From assembly GCA_023139205.1 (NCBI GenBank), contig JAGLOA010000003.1, positions 1,779 to 65,778 of the forward strand: a stretch of 64,000 nucleotides of DNA, in the 5' to 3' direction. Shown piece by piece: positions 55,574-64,000 of the stretch (positions are counted from its first letter, which is position 1; each line of letters starts with the position of its first letter). The notes beneath the pieces were generated by a model. The model was not told where the DNA came from. It saw nothing but the letters and a program-made list of their open reading frames with translations, and searched no databases. A program made the position numbers and the translations under genes. The DNA comes from Candidatus Pacearchaeota archaeon (GTDB lineage Archaea; Nanobdellota; Nanobdellia; Pacearchaeales; GW2011-AR1).

Positions 55574-56032
55574 ATGGATTTAGAGAAACAACAAGGATTA
55601 GGGGAGAATTATGCTCAAGCAAAAAAGGGGCTCTCATTTATAAAATTTGGAGCTGATGTTGTTAAAGTTGGTGCAGGTTTTTATGTTGGTTTTATGGATG
55701 GACAGGGAACACCAGTTAATCCTTCAACAAGATATACTTTTCTTGCTACACCTTCTGTTTTAAGTGCGGTATTCTCTACTACTTCTAATTATGTATTCCA
55801 AAAAATGCTGAAATATTCTTTAAAAAATCATCCATCTATTTTTGAAAAAAATATTAGGGAATATGAATGTGAAAATAATGAAAAAGAAGAAATTCAAAAA
55901 GCCCTGAAAAAAATAGCTCATCACAACTTCATGCCAGAGATATTTAAGAAATCTGCTAAAGATACTGGAATTACAACAATTAAAACAGGAGTTGGTTATG
56001 CTGTCGGTTATGGTTTAGCTAAATTAATTTAA
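55574..56032 (+). CDS. hypothetical protein
   Basis: 152-aa ORF. Confidence 0.35.
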   Translation: MDLEKQQGLGENYAQAKKGLSFIKFGADVVKVGAGFYVGFMDGQGTPVNPSTRYTFLATPSVLSAVFSTTSNYVFQKMLKYSLKNHPSIFEKNIREYECENNEKEEIQKALKKIAHHNFMPEIFKKSAKDTGITTIKTGVGYAVGYGLAKLI

Positions 56033-56217
56033 TTACTTTTATCTTTTATTCTTTTAATTAATTGAACTTCACACTTAAAGACACAGACTTCTGACTTTGA
56101 ATTTTTCGGCTTGGCAAACATTGCACCAAATTTTAGCTCTAACAAAAAAAACCACAATAATCTACATTTTTCTTCTATCACCAACAAATATAATAATTCC
56201 AAATACCTTTATTTTAC

Positions 56218-56682
56218 ATGGAAAAATTCCTAGAATCTATCCAAGAAGCTGAAAAAATAATTAAAAATGTTGACCATATGATTTACATAACTTTTCCTTT
56301 GATTAAAGAAAAAAAACTTTTATTAAAAATACTTCTGGAAACAAAAATCGCAATTGCCAACTGCATCAACTCAATACTCCAGTATGAATATATCTACAAA
56401 AGAATTACTTTATACAAAAGTGCAAAAACTAATTTTATGACATTCATCCAAAAATGTTCCCAAAAATATGAAATAACAAAACAAGAAATTAAACTAATTT
56501 TAGAGTTATTTGACATTATTGAAAAACATAAACACAGCCCAATAGAATTTATAAAAAATGAAAAAATTATAATTCTCTCAGAAAACTTAAATCCAAAAAT
56601 CATCACAATTGAAAAAATCAAAGAATTTCTCTTATTATCTAAAAGCATCCTAACAAAGACCAAAAAAAGAATCTTAAGATAA
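56218..56682 (+). CDS. hypothetical protein (paralog of 56746-57186)
   Basis: 154 aa with a similar length and helix pattern to its neighbour. Confidence 0.35.
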   Translation: MEKFLESIQEAEKIIKNVDHMIYITFPLIKEKKLLLKILLETKIAIANCINSILQYEYIYKRITLYKSAKTNFMTFIQKCSQKYEITKQEIKLILELFDIIEKHKHSPIEFIKNEKIIILSENLNPKIITIEKIKEFLLLSKSILTKTKKRILR

Positions 56683-56745
56683 ATATAAAAAGCCTTTAAT
56701 CTTAATAGATTATACTTCTAATTTTAAAAATTAAAGGAGAATTCA

Positions 56746-57186
56746 ATGGAAGAAATAATTCAGGAAAAAATAAGTGCAGATCATCTTTTATATGTTAGCC
56801 TTAAATATACAAAAACTTGTGATGTAATAACAAATCTTCTCTTAAGATGGAGTAAGATGATTGAAACAAGTATAGAAGGTATTTTAGAACATGCAAAAAA
56901 GAAAAAAAAGATTTCTTTAATTTCTTCAAATCCTATTGGAAAAATAGAACAAATAAGGAAACTTTTCAAAAAAGATAAAGAATTTCTAAAAGTAATTGAT
57001 ATGTATGAGATGTTCAGAAAAATTAGAGAACTAAGAACAGAAAGAAGTGGGGAGTTTAGAAAAAATGTAAACTTAAAAGTTTTTTACAGAGGAAAAGAAA
57101 TAAACATAAATTTAGAACAATTAAAAATTTACGCAGAAGTACTGGAAAAGTTTATAAGTACTACAAAGCAATTTCTTCTATCTTAA
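56746..57186 (+). CDS. hypothetical protein (paralog of 56218-56682)
   Basis: 146 aa. Confidence 0.35.
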   Translation: MEEIIQEKISADHLLYVSLKYTKTCDVITNLLLRWSKMIETSIEGILEHAKKKKKISLISSNPIGKIEQIRKLFKKDKEFLKVIDMYEMFRKIRELRTERSGEFRKNVNLKVFYRGKEININLEQLKIYAEVLEKFISTTKQFLLS

Positions 57187-57212
57187 AATAAAATTTAAGA
57201 TTAATTTTCAAA

Positions 57213-57986
57213 ATGCAAAAAGTAATTGTTATTACATCTGGGAAAGGAGGGGTTGGAAAAACAACTACAGCAATAAATCTAGGTGCAGCTATAAATTATT
57301 TTGGAAAAGAAGTCTTAATAATTGATGGAAACTTATCTACACCAAATATTGGAATCCATTTAAACTCTCCTGAAGTCCCTGTAAATTTAAATCATGTACT
57401 TCTAAAAAAAGCAGATGTATTTGAAGCTGTTTATGAACATGAATCTGGGATGAAAATCATGCCGTCTTCTTTATCAATAAAAGAATTAAAAAATATAAAA
57501 CCAGAAAAAATCAAAGATTTTAAAGAAGACTTCAAAAAAATTTCAGAATATGTTATAATAGATAGTGCTGCAGGGTTAGGAGCTGAAGCAAGTGCAGTTA
57601 TTGAAGCAGCAGATGAATTAATAGTCGTAACAAATCCAGAAATTCCTGCAATTACAGATGCATTAAAAGCAATAAAAGTAGCAGAAGAAATGAAAAAACC
57701 AGTTATAGGAGTTATTATGACCAAGGTAAGGAAAAACAAAATTGAAATGCAGCCAGAAACAGTAAAAGAAATGTTAGAAACACAGATTTTGGGAATGGTC
57801 CCTGAAGATATTGCAATTCAAAAATCCTTAAATCTTAAAGATGCTGTTATCCATACTTACCCAAAAAGCAAAGCATCAAGAGCCTACAAAGAAATAGCAG
57901 CAAAACTATTAGAAATAGAATATGATTCAAACCAAGACAAAGAAAATATTTTTGAAAAAATTGGAAGAATTTTTAGAGAAGATTAA
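57213..57986 (+). CDS. minD: MinD/ParA-family ATPase
   Basis: Deviant Walker A GKGGVGKTTT. Confidence 0.8.
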   Translation: MQKVIVITSGKGGVGKTTTAINLGAAINYFGKEVLIIDGNLSTPNIGIHLNSPEVPVNLNHVLLKKADVFEAVYEHESGMKIMPSSLSIKELKNIKPEKIKDFKEDFKKISEYVIIDSAAGLGAEASAVIEAADELIVVTNPEIPAITDALKAIKVAEEMKKPVIGVIMTKVRKNKIEMQPETVKEMLETQILGMVPEDIAIQKSLNLKDAVIHTYPKSKASRAYKEIAAKLLEIEYDSNQDKENIFEKIGRIFRED

Positions 57987-58125
57987 TTCTCAAGAAATTA
58001 GGATTTAAGGTTAAATTTAAAAATAAAGGAATATAGGTATATAAAAGGAAAAGATTTATTATAGTAAAAGACAATAAAATTAATAAAACAATCCCCCTCT
58101 AATTTTATGGAGGTAAAACAGTTTA

Positions 58126-58365
58126 ATGGAAATTAGTAACTTAACTTTTGATGATGAATCGAAAAAAGAGGTTTTAGATTTGTTTGAAAAAACTATTGAT
58201 CAAGAAGGATTTATAGTTGAAAAAGAAGATATGACCCAAAGAGTTTTAACAACAAAAGGTGAAGAAATTCTTTTTGAAGAATGGGGGGGCGTAGTTAAAG
58301 GCTCAGAATCTTTCATCAAATCAGATACTTTTTCTCTAATTGAACTTGCAAAAAAATTAAATTGA
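58126..58365 (+). CDS. hypothetical protein
   Basis: 79 aa; overlaps the next ORF by 4 nt. Confidence 0.3.
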   Translation: MEISNLTFDDESKKEVLDLFEKTIDQEGFIVEKEDMTQRVLTTKGEEILFEEWGGVVKGSESFIKSDTFSLIELAKKLN

Positions 58366-59177
58366 TTTTTTTAGATAAATTAAAAACCATATTTGAAGGT
58401 AAATTTGGAGATATCTTAAGTAATAATAAATTTTCATTGTTTCATTTTTCAAAAAATGTTAATGAACCACTAGAAGTAAAAAATGAAAATACCTTAAAAA
58501 TAGATTTAACTAAATTAAACGAGGAAGAAAAAGAATTATTCAAAAAAGAAATAAGAAACATTACAATCCAAAAAGAAGGAGATGCATTTTTAATAAATAA
58601 AACTATTAGAAAAACACAAAAAATAAAAAAAAATCTCCCAAAAGACGCAGATGAACTTTTATTAAAATTTTATAGAAATAAAATTTCTCCTGAAATGTAT
58701 AAGGCGTTGGAAGCATCACTTATAGTTCGTAACGCTTTCATAAATAATGAAGATATAACTGAATTAAAAAAAGATATAAGAAACAAATATCCAACTTTTG
58801 GGAATAATCTTTGCAATCTAACAACAAGAAACTATTTTGACGATCACTTCAAAGAATTGTATCTTAAGATGTTGGAGGAGGAAGATTTTAATATTAGAGT
58901 TTATCAAAAGAAAATTGAATATATTGTAAAATCTTTACCTTATATAGCCTTTATTGCAAAAGATAAGACCTATGATGAATTAAGCGGTGAAGTTATGTTT
59001 AAACTTGCTAAACTAAAAATGTATGGGACTGGGAAATTGATCTTACATGGACTTGGGAAAGGAAACGTAGAAACTACATTAAAAATATTAGAAGAATATA
59101 GAAATGATAAAGATACATGTATTGATATAGAAATTAATCCAAAAAGAACGATAATAACTGCAACATTAATGTTTTAA
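58362..59177 (+). CDS. hypothetical protein
   Basis: 271-aa ORF. Confidence 0.3.
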   Translation: MIFLDKLKTIFEGKFGDILSNNKFSLFHFSKNVNEPLEVKNENTLKIDLTKLNEEEKELFKKEIRNITIQKEGDAFLINKTIRKTQKIKKNLPKDADELLLKFYRNKISPEMYKALEASLIVRNAFINNEDITELKKDIRNKYPTFGNNLCNLTTRNYFDDHFKELYLKMLEEEDFNIRVYQKKIEYIVKSLPYIAFIAKDKTYDELSGEVMFKLAKLKMYGTGKLILHGLGKGNVETTLKILEEYRNDKDTCIDIEINPKRTIITATLMF

Positions 59178-59179
59178 AT

Positions 59180-59509
59180 TTAACTAACCCTACTCCCAAC
59201 TTCTATATCTTTATCAGGTTCTACTAATCTCACTTTTCCTTTATTACAAGCAGCTAAAACCATTCCCTGACTTTCAACTCCTCTTAATTTTCTAGAAGCA
59301 AGATTTGCAATTAAAACAATTTTCTTTCCTTCAAGATCTTCCTTAGAATAATGTTGTTTTATTCCAGCACAAACAATTCGTTTTTCTTCTCCTAAATCAA
59401 TTACAAGTTTGTAAAGTTTATCAGCTCCTTCTATTTCTTCAACTTCCAAGATTTCTCCTACAACTAAATCAAGTTTTTCCCAATCTTCAAAATTAATTAT
59501 ATTTTTCAT
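59180..59509 (-). CDS. tRNA-binding protein (Trbp111/EMAP-like domain, as at the MetRS C-terminus)
   Basis: KLDLVVGEILEVE..GIKQHYSKEDLEGKKIVLIANL pattern. Confidence 0.65.
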   Translation of the reverse strand: MKNIINFEDWEKLDLVVGEILEVEEIEGADKLYKLVIDLGEEKRIVCAGIKQHYSKEDLEGKKIVLIANLASRKLRGVESQGMVLAACNKGKVRLVEPDKDIEVGSRVS

Positions 59510-59532
59510 TTTATTTTCTTAAAATTTAGAGT

Positions 59533-60342
59533 TTAAATATTTTTTTCACAATATTGATTTAAATAACAATCATTACATTTAGGATTTATGGGTTTGCACC
59601 ATTTTCTTCCAATTTCCCAACAAGAAAAATCAAATATTCCTGGATATTCTGGATTTAATTCTTTAGCACTATAAATTAAAATTTCGTTTGTTGACTTCTT
59701 AGGAATAAAACCTATTCTCTCAAAAACTTTTTTTACTTGCATATCTGGAGAAATATCAATTCCATTATAATCGCTCATTGAAATTTTAAAACTTCTTGCT
59801 AAAATATTTGCACTCATAGTTGCTATTTTAATACCAACCCCACGAAACTCTAAAAATCTTCTAACTAAAAGATTACTACTTAGATTCCCTTTCCAGATAT
59901 TTGAAGCATCATCATTATATTTTTCATGTATCTTTTGGATGGCTAAATAAAAATTTATAGCCATTTGTTCATTAAAACGATGCAATTTTTTTTCTTGAAA
60001 AATTCTTTTACAATTTTCTTCACTTAATAAAAGAAGTTTCTGAAATTCAAAAGTTCCGATTTCTTTTGAAAATAAATAAGGAATAACCCATGCTTTTTCT
60101 GCTTTAATTTGTCTATCCATAACACAAGCAAGAACATAAGCATGAGGATTTTTTTCAAGATCATTCAATAAAATATCTGCTTCTTTATTTCCAGAAAATT
60201 CTATAAATTTTTTAGGAGCATTCATTAATTCCTCGCCTCTTTTTAATAAAATTTCTCTTATTTTTTCTTTATCTGCTTCAAGATTTTTAGGTTTAATCTT
60301 TGGCAAAATAATTTTTCCTTCTTTATCAAATTGCAAACTCAT
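59533..60342 (-). CDS. HhH-GPD-like DNA glycosylase with a C-terminal Fe-S loop
   Basis: HhH-like RGVGIKIATMSANIL and C-x6-C-x2-C-x5-C (CKPINPKCNDCYLNQYC). Confidence 0.5.
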   Translation of the reverse strand: MSLQFDKEGKIILPKIKPKNLEADKEKIREILLKRGEELMNAPKKFIEFSGNKEADILLNDLEKNPHAYVLACVMDRQIKAEKAWVIPYLFSKEIGTFEFQKLLLLSEENCKRIFQEKKLHRFNEQMAINFYLAIQKIHEKYNDDASNIWKGNLSSNLLVRRFLEFRGVGIKIATMSANILARSFKISMSDYNGIDISPDMQVKKVFERIGFIPKKSTNEILIYSAKELNPEYPGIFDFSCWEIGRKWCKPINPKCNDCYLNQYCEKNI

Positions 60343-60343
60343 T

Positions 60344-60574
60344 TTATAATCCTTTTTTTAATCCTTTTTTTAATCCTTTTTTTAAACCAGAACTTTTTAA
60401 TCCTTCCTTTAATCCGTCTTCCAACCCAAAATCAATTTTCTTAAACAAAATCTCTTGCTTTTTAATGTTTTTTGCACTAAATTGTTTTGTAATTTTCTCA
60501 CTAGACTCTGGGATAAAAGGCCAAAGTAATTCAGCAATTTTCAAAATACTTTCCTTCGTTGGGCTTACCCACAA
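60344..60574 (-). pseudogene. metG: truncated methionyl-tRNA synthetase remnant (C-terminal anticodon-binding end plus a (K/G)GLK repeat tail), probably cut by the adjacent IS insertion
   Basis: 76-aa ORF with ILKIAELLWPFIPESSEKI like the MetRS anticodon-domain end. No catalytic domain lies upstream; an IS starts about 30 bp away. Confidence 0.35.
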
Positions 60575-60733
60575 CTTGCTATGATTAAGTTGTTGATTCT
60601 TAGCATCAAAGAATCAACCTTTTTCTTATCGAATTTTTTAAAAATTAACGCAATCATTTATGAATAACTACAAGAAATTATTCTGCCCGAAAAGTCTGGC
60701 ATAAAAAATAGCATTACCGAGAACCCTTAATTC

Positions 60734-61930
60734 TTAGGTTTTTTTAGTCTTTCTCGTAGATGCTAACTTTTCTTTAAGTTCAGCTTTTCGGTTAATATAC
60801 TCTTCCATACATTCTTTAAAATCAACATTAATTTTTCTTTCAAATATTTCAGCAATAAGACGGCAAATATTGTTGCAAATAAATTTCATCAGTAGTTCAT
60901 TTGTTTGACTAACAAAATTTTTACAACGTAAGAACTCACCAAACTTACGCTTGTTTATAGAGAAAGCTGCTTCAACTTGAGGTCTTTGTCTATACTGATA
61001 ATAAAATTCCTCTTTATGATTTTTAAAATAATCAAAAGCAATTTTCCATATATCTGGAGATTTTTCTTGAGGATTTGCATTTTTCTTAAACGGAATTATT
61101 GGAATTGCTCCTAATTTTTCAATTATCTGAAGTGTTCTATAGGAGCTATAAGCTTTATCTCCAGAAATCATTCTTGGTTCTGAGTTATAAAACAATTGCC
61201 CTAAGAGTTCAGGAACTTGTTTATCGTCAGAATAGTTTCCAGGCGTAATAACGCAAGAATAAACAGCATGGGTAACAGTTCCAACAGCTATATGTGCTTT
61301 AAGATAATTTCTTTTTAGGTTATGTAGTTCTTTTCCATCTACTCCTTTTTTGAATCTGACCCTCATCCATCTTTCATATTGATAACTTCCAAATCCTGAA
61401 GAGTCCATTGCAATCATATCACTATCAATAAATTTTAATGGTATTGCAGTTATGTGTAATATTCTTAAAAGTAAATCTTTAGTTCCCTCACAATTTAGAA
61501 AATCATTAAGAGTGTTCACGCCAGGCGACTTAAAAATAAACCCCAAATTTTCAAATAATTTTAAGTCAGAGTTTAAAACTCTTCCAGATGTATTTGTATA
61601 AAGTTTTAACCCTAAAGAAAAAATTAAATCTGAGAGTTTAGCTTTTGGTCTTCCTCCAGATGATTCTGTTTCTCCTTCATCAAAAATTTCTGCTAATTCA
61701 GAAAGAAGTATCCAAAACATTCTTTTTTCATTTGTTAAAGCTAAATGAACAAGACGGTGATTTGTGGATTTATGTGTAGATAAACATGTCTGAACAACTT
61801 CAGGTTTTTCTGTTTTGAAAGATGCTTCTCTTTTTTCTCTTTTTGCTATTTCATCAGAAAGTTTGTATTTCTTTACATATTTTCCATCGCTTTCTACTAC
61901 AATTTTTTCTCCTCTATATATTTTTGCCAT
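60734..61930 (-). CDS. DDE transposase (IS4/IS5 family, DDE_Tnp_1-like)
   Basis: DSSGF ... SGDKAYSS ... YRQRPQVEAAFSINKRKFG (D, D, E/K-R signature). Confidence 0.8.
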   Translation of the reverse strand: MAKIYRGEKIVVESDGKYVKKYKLSDEIAKREKREASFKTEKPEVVQTCLSTHKSTNHRLVHLALTNEKRMFWILLSELAEIFDEGETESSGGRPKAKLSDLIFSLGLKLYTNTSGRVLNSDLKLFENLGFIFKSPGVNTLNDFLNCEGTKDLLLRILHITAIPLKFIDSDMIAMDSSGFGSYQYERWMRVRFKKGVDGKELHNLKRNYLKAHIAVGTVTHAVYSCVITPGNYSDDKQVPELLGQLFYNSEPRMISGDKAYSSYRTLQIIEKLGAIPIIPFKKNANPQEKSPDIWKIAFDYFKNHKEEFYYQYRQRPQVEAAFSINKRKFGEFLRCKNFVSQTNELLMKFICNNICRLIAEIFERKINVDFKECMEEYINRKAELKEKLASTRKTKKT

Positions 61931-61931
61931 T

Positions 61932-62069
61932 TTATTTTTCCTCCCTTGTTTCTAAAAGACGATTGATTATTTCGTCGTAGCTTTCTCTTTTGCAAAGTTT
62001 TAACTTTACAAGCTTAGCTACAGTTATTTTATTCATCCATATCATTGTTTTGTGTTTTGGTAATGTCAT
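61932..62069 (-). CDS. small ORF upstream of the transposase (possible accessory/regulatory protein)
   Basis: 45 aa, MTLPKHKTMIWMNKITVAKLVKLKLCKRESYDEIINRLLETREEK, directly abutting the transposase start. Confidence 0.3.
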   Translation of the reverse strand: MTLPKHKTMIWMNKITVAKLVKLKLCKRESYDEIINRLLETREEK

Positions 62070-62373
62070 TTTGTTTTTCTCCTATTTTATTGGAGTATAG
62101 TGGCTCTCCCCATAAAAGAGCCATTGTTTTTTAGATAATCCCATAACTTATCCTGTAAGTTAATCCCATAAATTAACTTGTCGTCGGTAATTAGTCCCAT
62201 AATCTAATTTCCTTGCTTATACATCCATTGTATACTGTATCTATAACATACAGAGTATTTAAACTTTACTATTTTTTATAATTCGGTGGTATGGCGTATC
62301 TATTATAATCCGTAAGATTTATAAATGCTAAATACCATAGATATATAATAATAAATATATACAAAGACAAAAA

Positions 62374-62634
62374 ATGGCAAAAAAAGAGGATAAACCAAGA
62401 TTTGAAGAAGCAAGAGAACTATTCTCTAATGAGAAGAAAGAAAGAGTGATAGAAAAAGATGTTTTTCAAGATAAATTTACAGGACAAATTTCTTTAAGAC
62501 TACCGAAGGACATCTGTCTTTCAAAAAGAATAAATAAAAATTCTAAATTTGGGATAATAATAAATCCAAAAAAGGAAACATGGGACGAATTAAAAGAAGA
62601 AGACCTCATCATCAGGTTAATAAAAAAGAAATAA
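62374..62634 (+). CDS. hypothetical protein
   Basis: 86 aa; its stop overlaps the next start (ATAATGG). Confidence 0.35.
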   Translation: MAKKEDKPRFEEARELFSNEKKERVIEKDVFQDKFTGQISLRLPKDICLSKRINKNSKFGIIINPKKETWDELKEEDLIIRLIKKK

Positions 62635-62888
62635 TGGTAAAAAGAAAACTACTTAACAAAGTCGAGAAGCTGATTTTAAACACACTATTCAAGGAAGACA
62701 TTCCTTTGACACCCAATGCTCTTGCAACGATAACTGGACTTGCTTATGTTACTGCAAAAAAATATCTTATTCAAATGACTAAAGAAGGTCTTTTAGTTGA
62801 AGCTGAAAAGAAAAAAGCTATGAAAAAAGAAAAAGGAAAACGAGGCGAAAGTAGGAAATATATGATTAATACAGATATATGGTGTTGA
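62634..62888 (+). CDS. winged-helix transcriptional regulator
   Basis: LTPNALATITGLAYVTAKKYLIQMTKEGLL wHTH; start at the internal ATG of track ORF 62580. Confidence 0.4.
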   Translation: MVKRKLLNKVEKLILNTLFKEDIPLTPNALATITGLAYVTAKKYLIQMTKEGLLVEAEKKKAMKKEKGKRGESRKYMINTDIWC

Positions 62889-63092
62889 TAAAATGAAAAA
62901 TAGTTATGAAAAAATGGCTGGAGAAAATAGATAAAAATGAAAAGGAAAAATTTACTCTTAATTATAAATGTCAAAAAAGCATACAGATAAACTTACATGA
63001 ACTCATCTTTCTCATCTTACTTGTTTCGGCTACTAATTTTATTGTAGGGTTAGTTACCTAAATTATAAAAACAAGGATTTCATAGTTTAATT

Positions 63093-64000
63093 ATGGGATT
63101 TAAGTTGATTATAAGTAAATATGGATTAGCAATAGTATTAGCTTTCATTTCTGCGATGACGGGTTGCTTATCTTTTTTCCCAAATTTAATAAGAAATGAA
63201 ATACTAAAATACTTATTACCATTATTTTTTCTTTTAGGTTTTATATTAGAAATTATAAGAATAGTTGCAACTGAAAACAAGCCTGTAGATATTTCATTAG
63301 AGAGTAAGGAAGAGTTAAGAGAATCTATTAAACAAGATACACAAAAAACTGTCAAGACTTATTCAGATAATGTTAAACGAAAAGTTGAAAAATTTAATAA
63401 AGAAAAATTAAGTCGTTATGATTCCACAGAACTTTTAGTAAATCTTGTTAAAAATAATTATGTTTCGATTAAGGAAGTTGAAAAGATACTGCCAAATGAG
63501 CAATTTATCTCTGTATTTTGCTATCCCACTGGAGGTCCAACAATTCCAAAAGATGCTCGTTTAAGCAGGTTATACCCTCAATTATTCTCTGATTTAGGCT
63601 TTGTTAGGCTTGGGGCGAACTTCTTTATAATTCCCGAAAGAAATCTTCTTCCAAAAGAACTAAGAGGAATTGATGTTCTAACAAATCATATCAAAGAAGG
63701 AATTATTATTTATTCAAATGAAGAATGGAAAAATAATCTTACCAAGATAAATTCTACGGGACATAAAATTATGTATCGGAACTGGAAAGATAAAGAGAAC
63801 CCTCTAAAATATGACTTCTTAGTCTATAAAATTAATATGACTGATCTTAAACATGTTTTCATTAAAGAAAGTTCTTTTACTAATGATTTTTTAAAAGAAC
63901 TTGCCTCAGTTGCAGATATAAGAGCAATAAGATTAAATGAAGTAGATAAAGCAAACATAAAAGATTTTATCCTAAAATCAAGTCTTAACATTCTCATATT
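63093..64000 (+). CDS. hypothetical membrane-anchored protein, 3' end outside the window
   Basis: No stop from ATG 63093 to the window end; N-terminal TM helices. Confidence 0.4.
   Translation, partial: MGFKLIISKYGLAIVLAFISAMTGCLSFFPNLIRNEILKYLLPLFFLLGFILEIIRIVATENKPVDISLESKEELRESIKQDTQKTVKTYSDNVKRKVEKFNKEKLSRYDSTELLVNLVKNNYVSIKEVEKILPNEQFISVFCYPTGGPTIPKDARLSRLYPQLFSDLGFVRLGANFFIIPERNLLPKELRGIDVLTNHIKEGIIIYSNEEWKNNLTKINSTGHKIMYRNWKDKENPLKYDFLVYKINMTDLKHVFIKESSFTNDFLKELASVADIRAIRLNEVDKANIKDFILKSSLNILI

Larger units (their letters stand above)
60580..62340. mobile_element. insertion sequence (IS4/IS5-superfamily DDE transposase plus a small upstream ORF); ends not resolved
   Basis: Transposase ORF 60734-61930. 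Hairpin GTTGATTCTT-agcatc-AAGAATCAAC at 60588-60613. Three TAATCCCATAA subterminal repeats at 62139-62212. Weak imperfect terminal inverted-repeat candidates near 60652 and 62316. Confidence 0.55.

Noticed and set aside
62374-62888. Possible frameshifted single gene (track ORFs 62374-62634 and 62580-62888 overlap).
   Set aside because: The overlap resolves as an ordinary ATAATGG stop/start overlap, with the second gene starting at ATG 62634. No frameshift is needed.
63080-63355. Minus-strand 91-aa ORF near the window end.
   Set aside because: It overlaps an uninterrupted plus-strand ORF with a TM-containing N-terminus that runs from 63093 to the window edge. The plus-strand gene is preferred.
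1-64000. CRISPR arrays.
   Set aside because: No run of regularly spaced identical 25-40-bp repeats was seen anywhere. The only iterated short repeats are the TTACAAATGTAA operator copies, the TAATCCCATAA IS subterminal copies and the coding WG repeats.

Overview
This is an AT-rich archaeal chromosomal segment of about 30% GC by eye. Genes are tightly packed with small overlaps and many tiny proteins, which fits a DPANN-type (Pace-, Woese- or Nanoarchaeota-like) genome. The backbone is informational and housekeeping: PheRS alpha and beta, RFC small and large, PolB, FEN1, topoisomerase IA, ValRS, aRF1, RNAP subunit L, TFS, NAC, Sec61beta, L41e, two CDC48 paralogs with Hsp20, MetAP, Trm5, RadB and Nre. 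I also called four tRNAs by eye: Thr, Gln, a Glu(CTC?) carrying an approximately 88-nt intron, and Lys.

Accessory content:
- Two MNT–HEPN toxin-antitoxin-like pairs with palindromic operator candidates.
- A bacterial-type AckA–PduL acetate module.
- An IS4/IS5-type insertion sequence next to a truncated metG remnant.
- A DUF4236 gene split exactly at an A8 homopolymer.
- Several short cargo segments bracketed by perfect direct repeats that duplicate the 3' end of a host gene (polB, a metallophosphoesterase).

Two things stand out as potentially novel.
1. A three-gene operon (47448–49609) encodes a 70-aa peptide ending in tandem W-G-x-x units, then a TraB/GumN-family protein, then a radical SAM/SPASM enzyme. 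This is a RiPP-like Trp-crosslinking cluster candidate.
2. A family of GC-rich (in an AT-rich genome), highly self-complementary mosaic repeat elements of roughly 60–140 bp. Copies sit in 5' leaders (pheT, hsp20), next to a tRNA, and apparently in-frame inside valS, nth and rfcL. One stem shows a compensatory base-pair change between copies.

All calls are made by eye from the sequence and motifs, with no database search.
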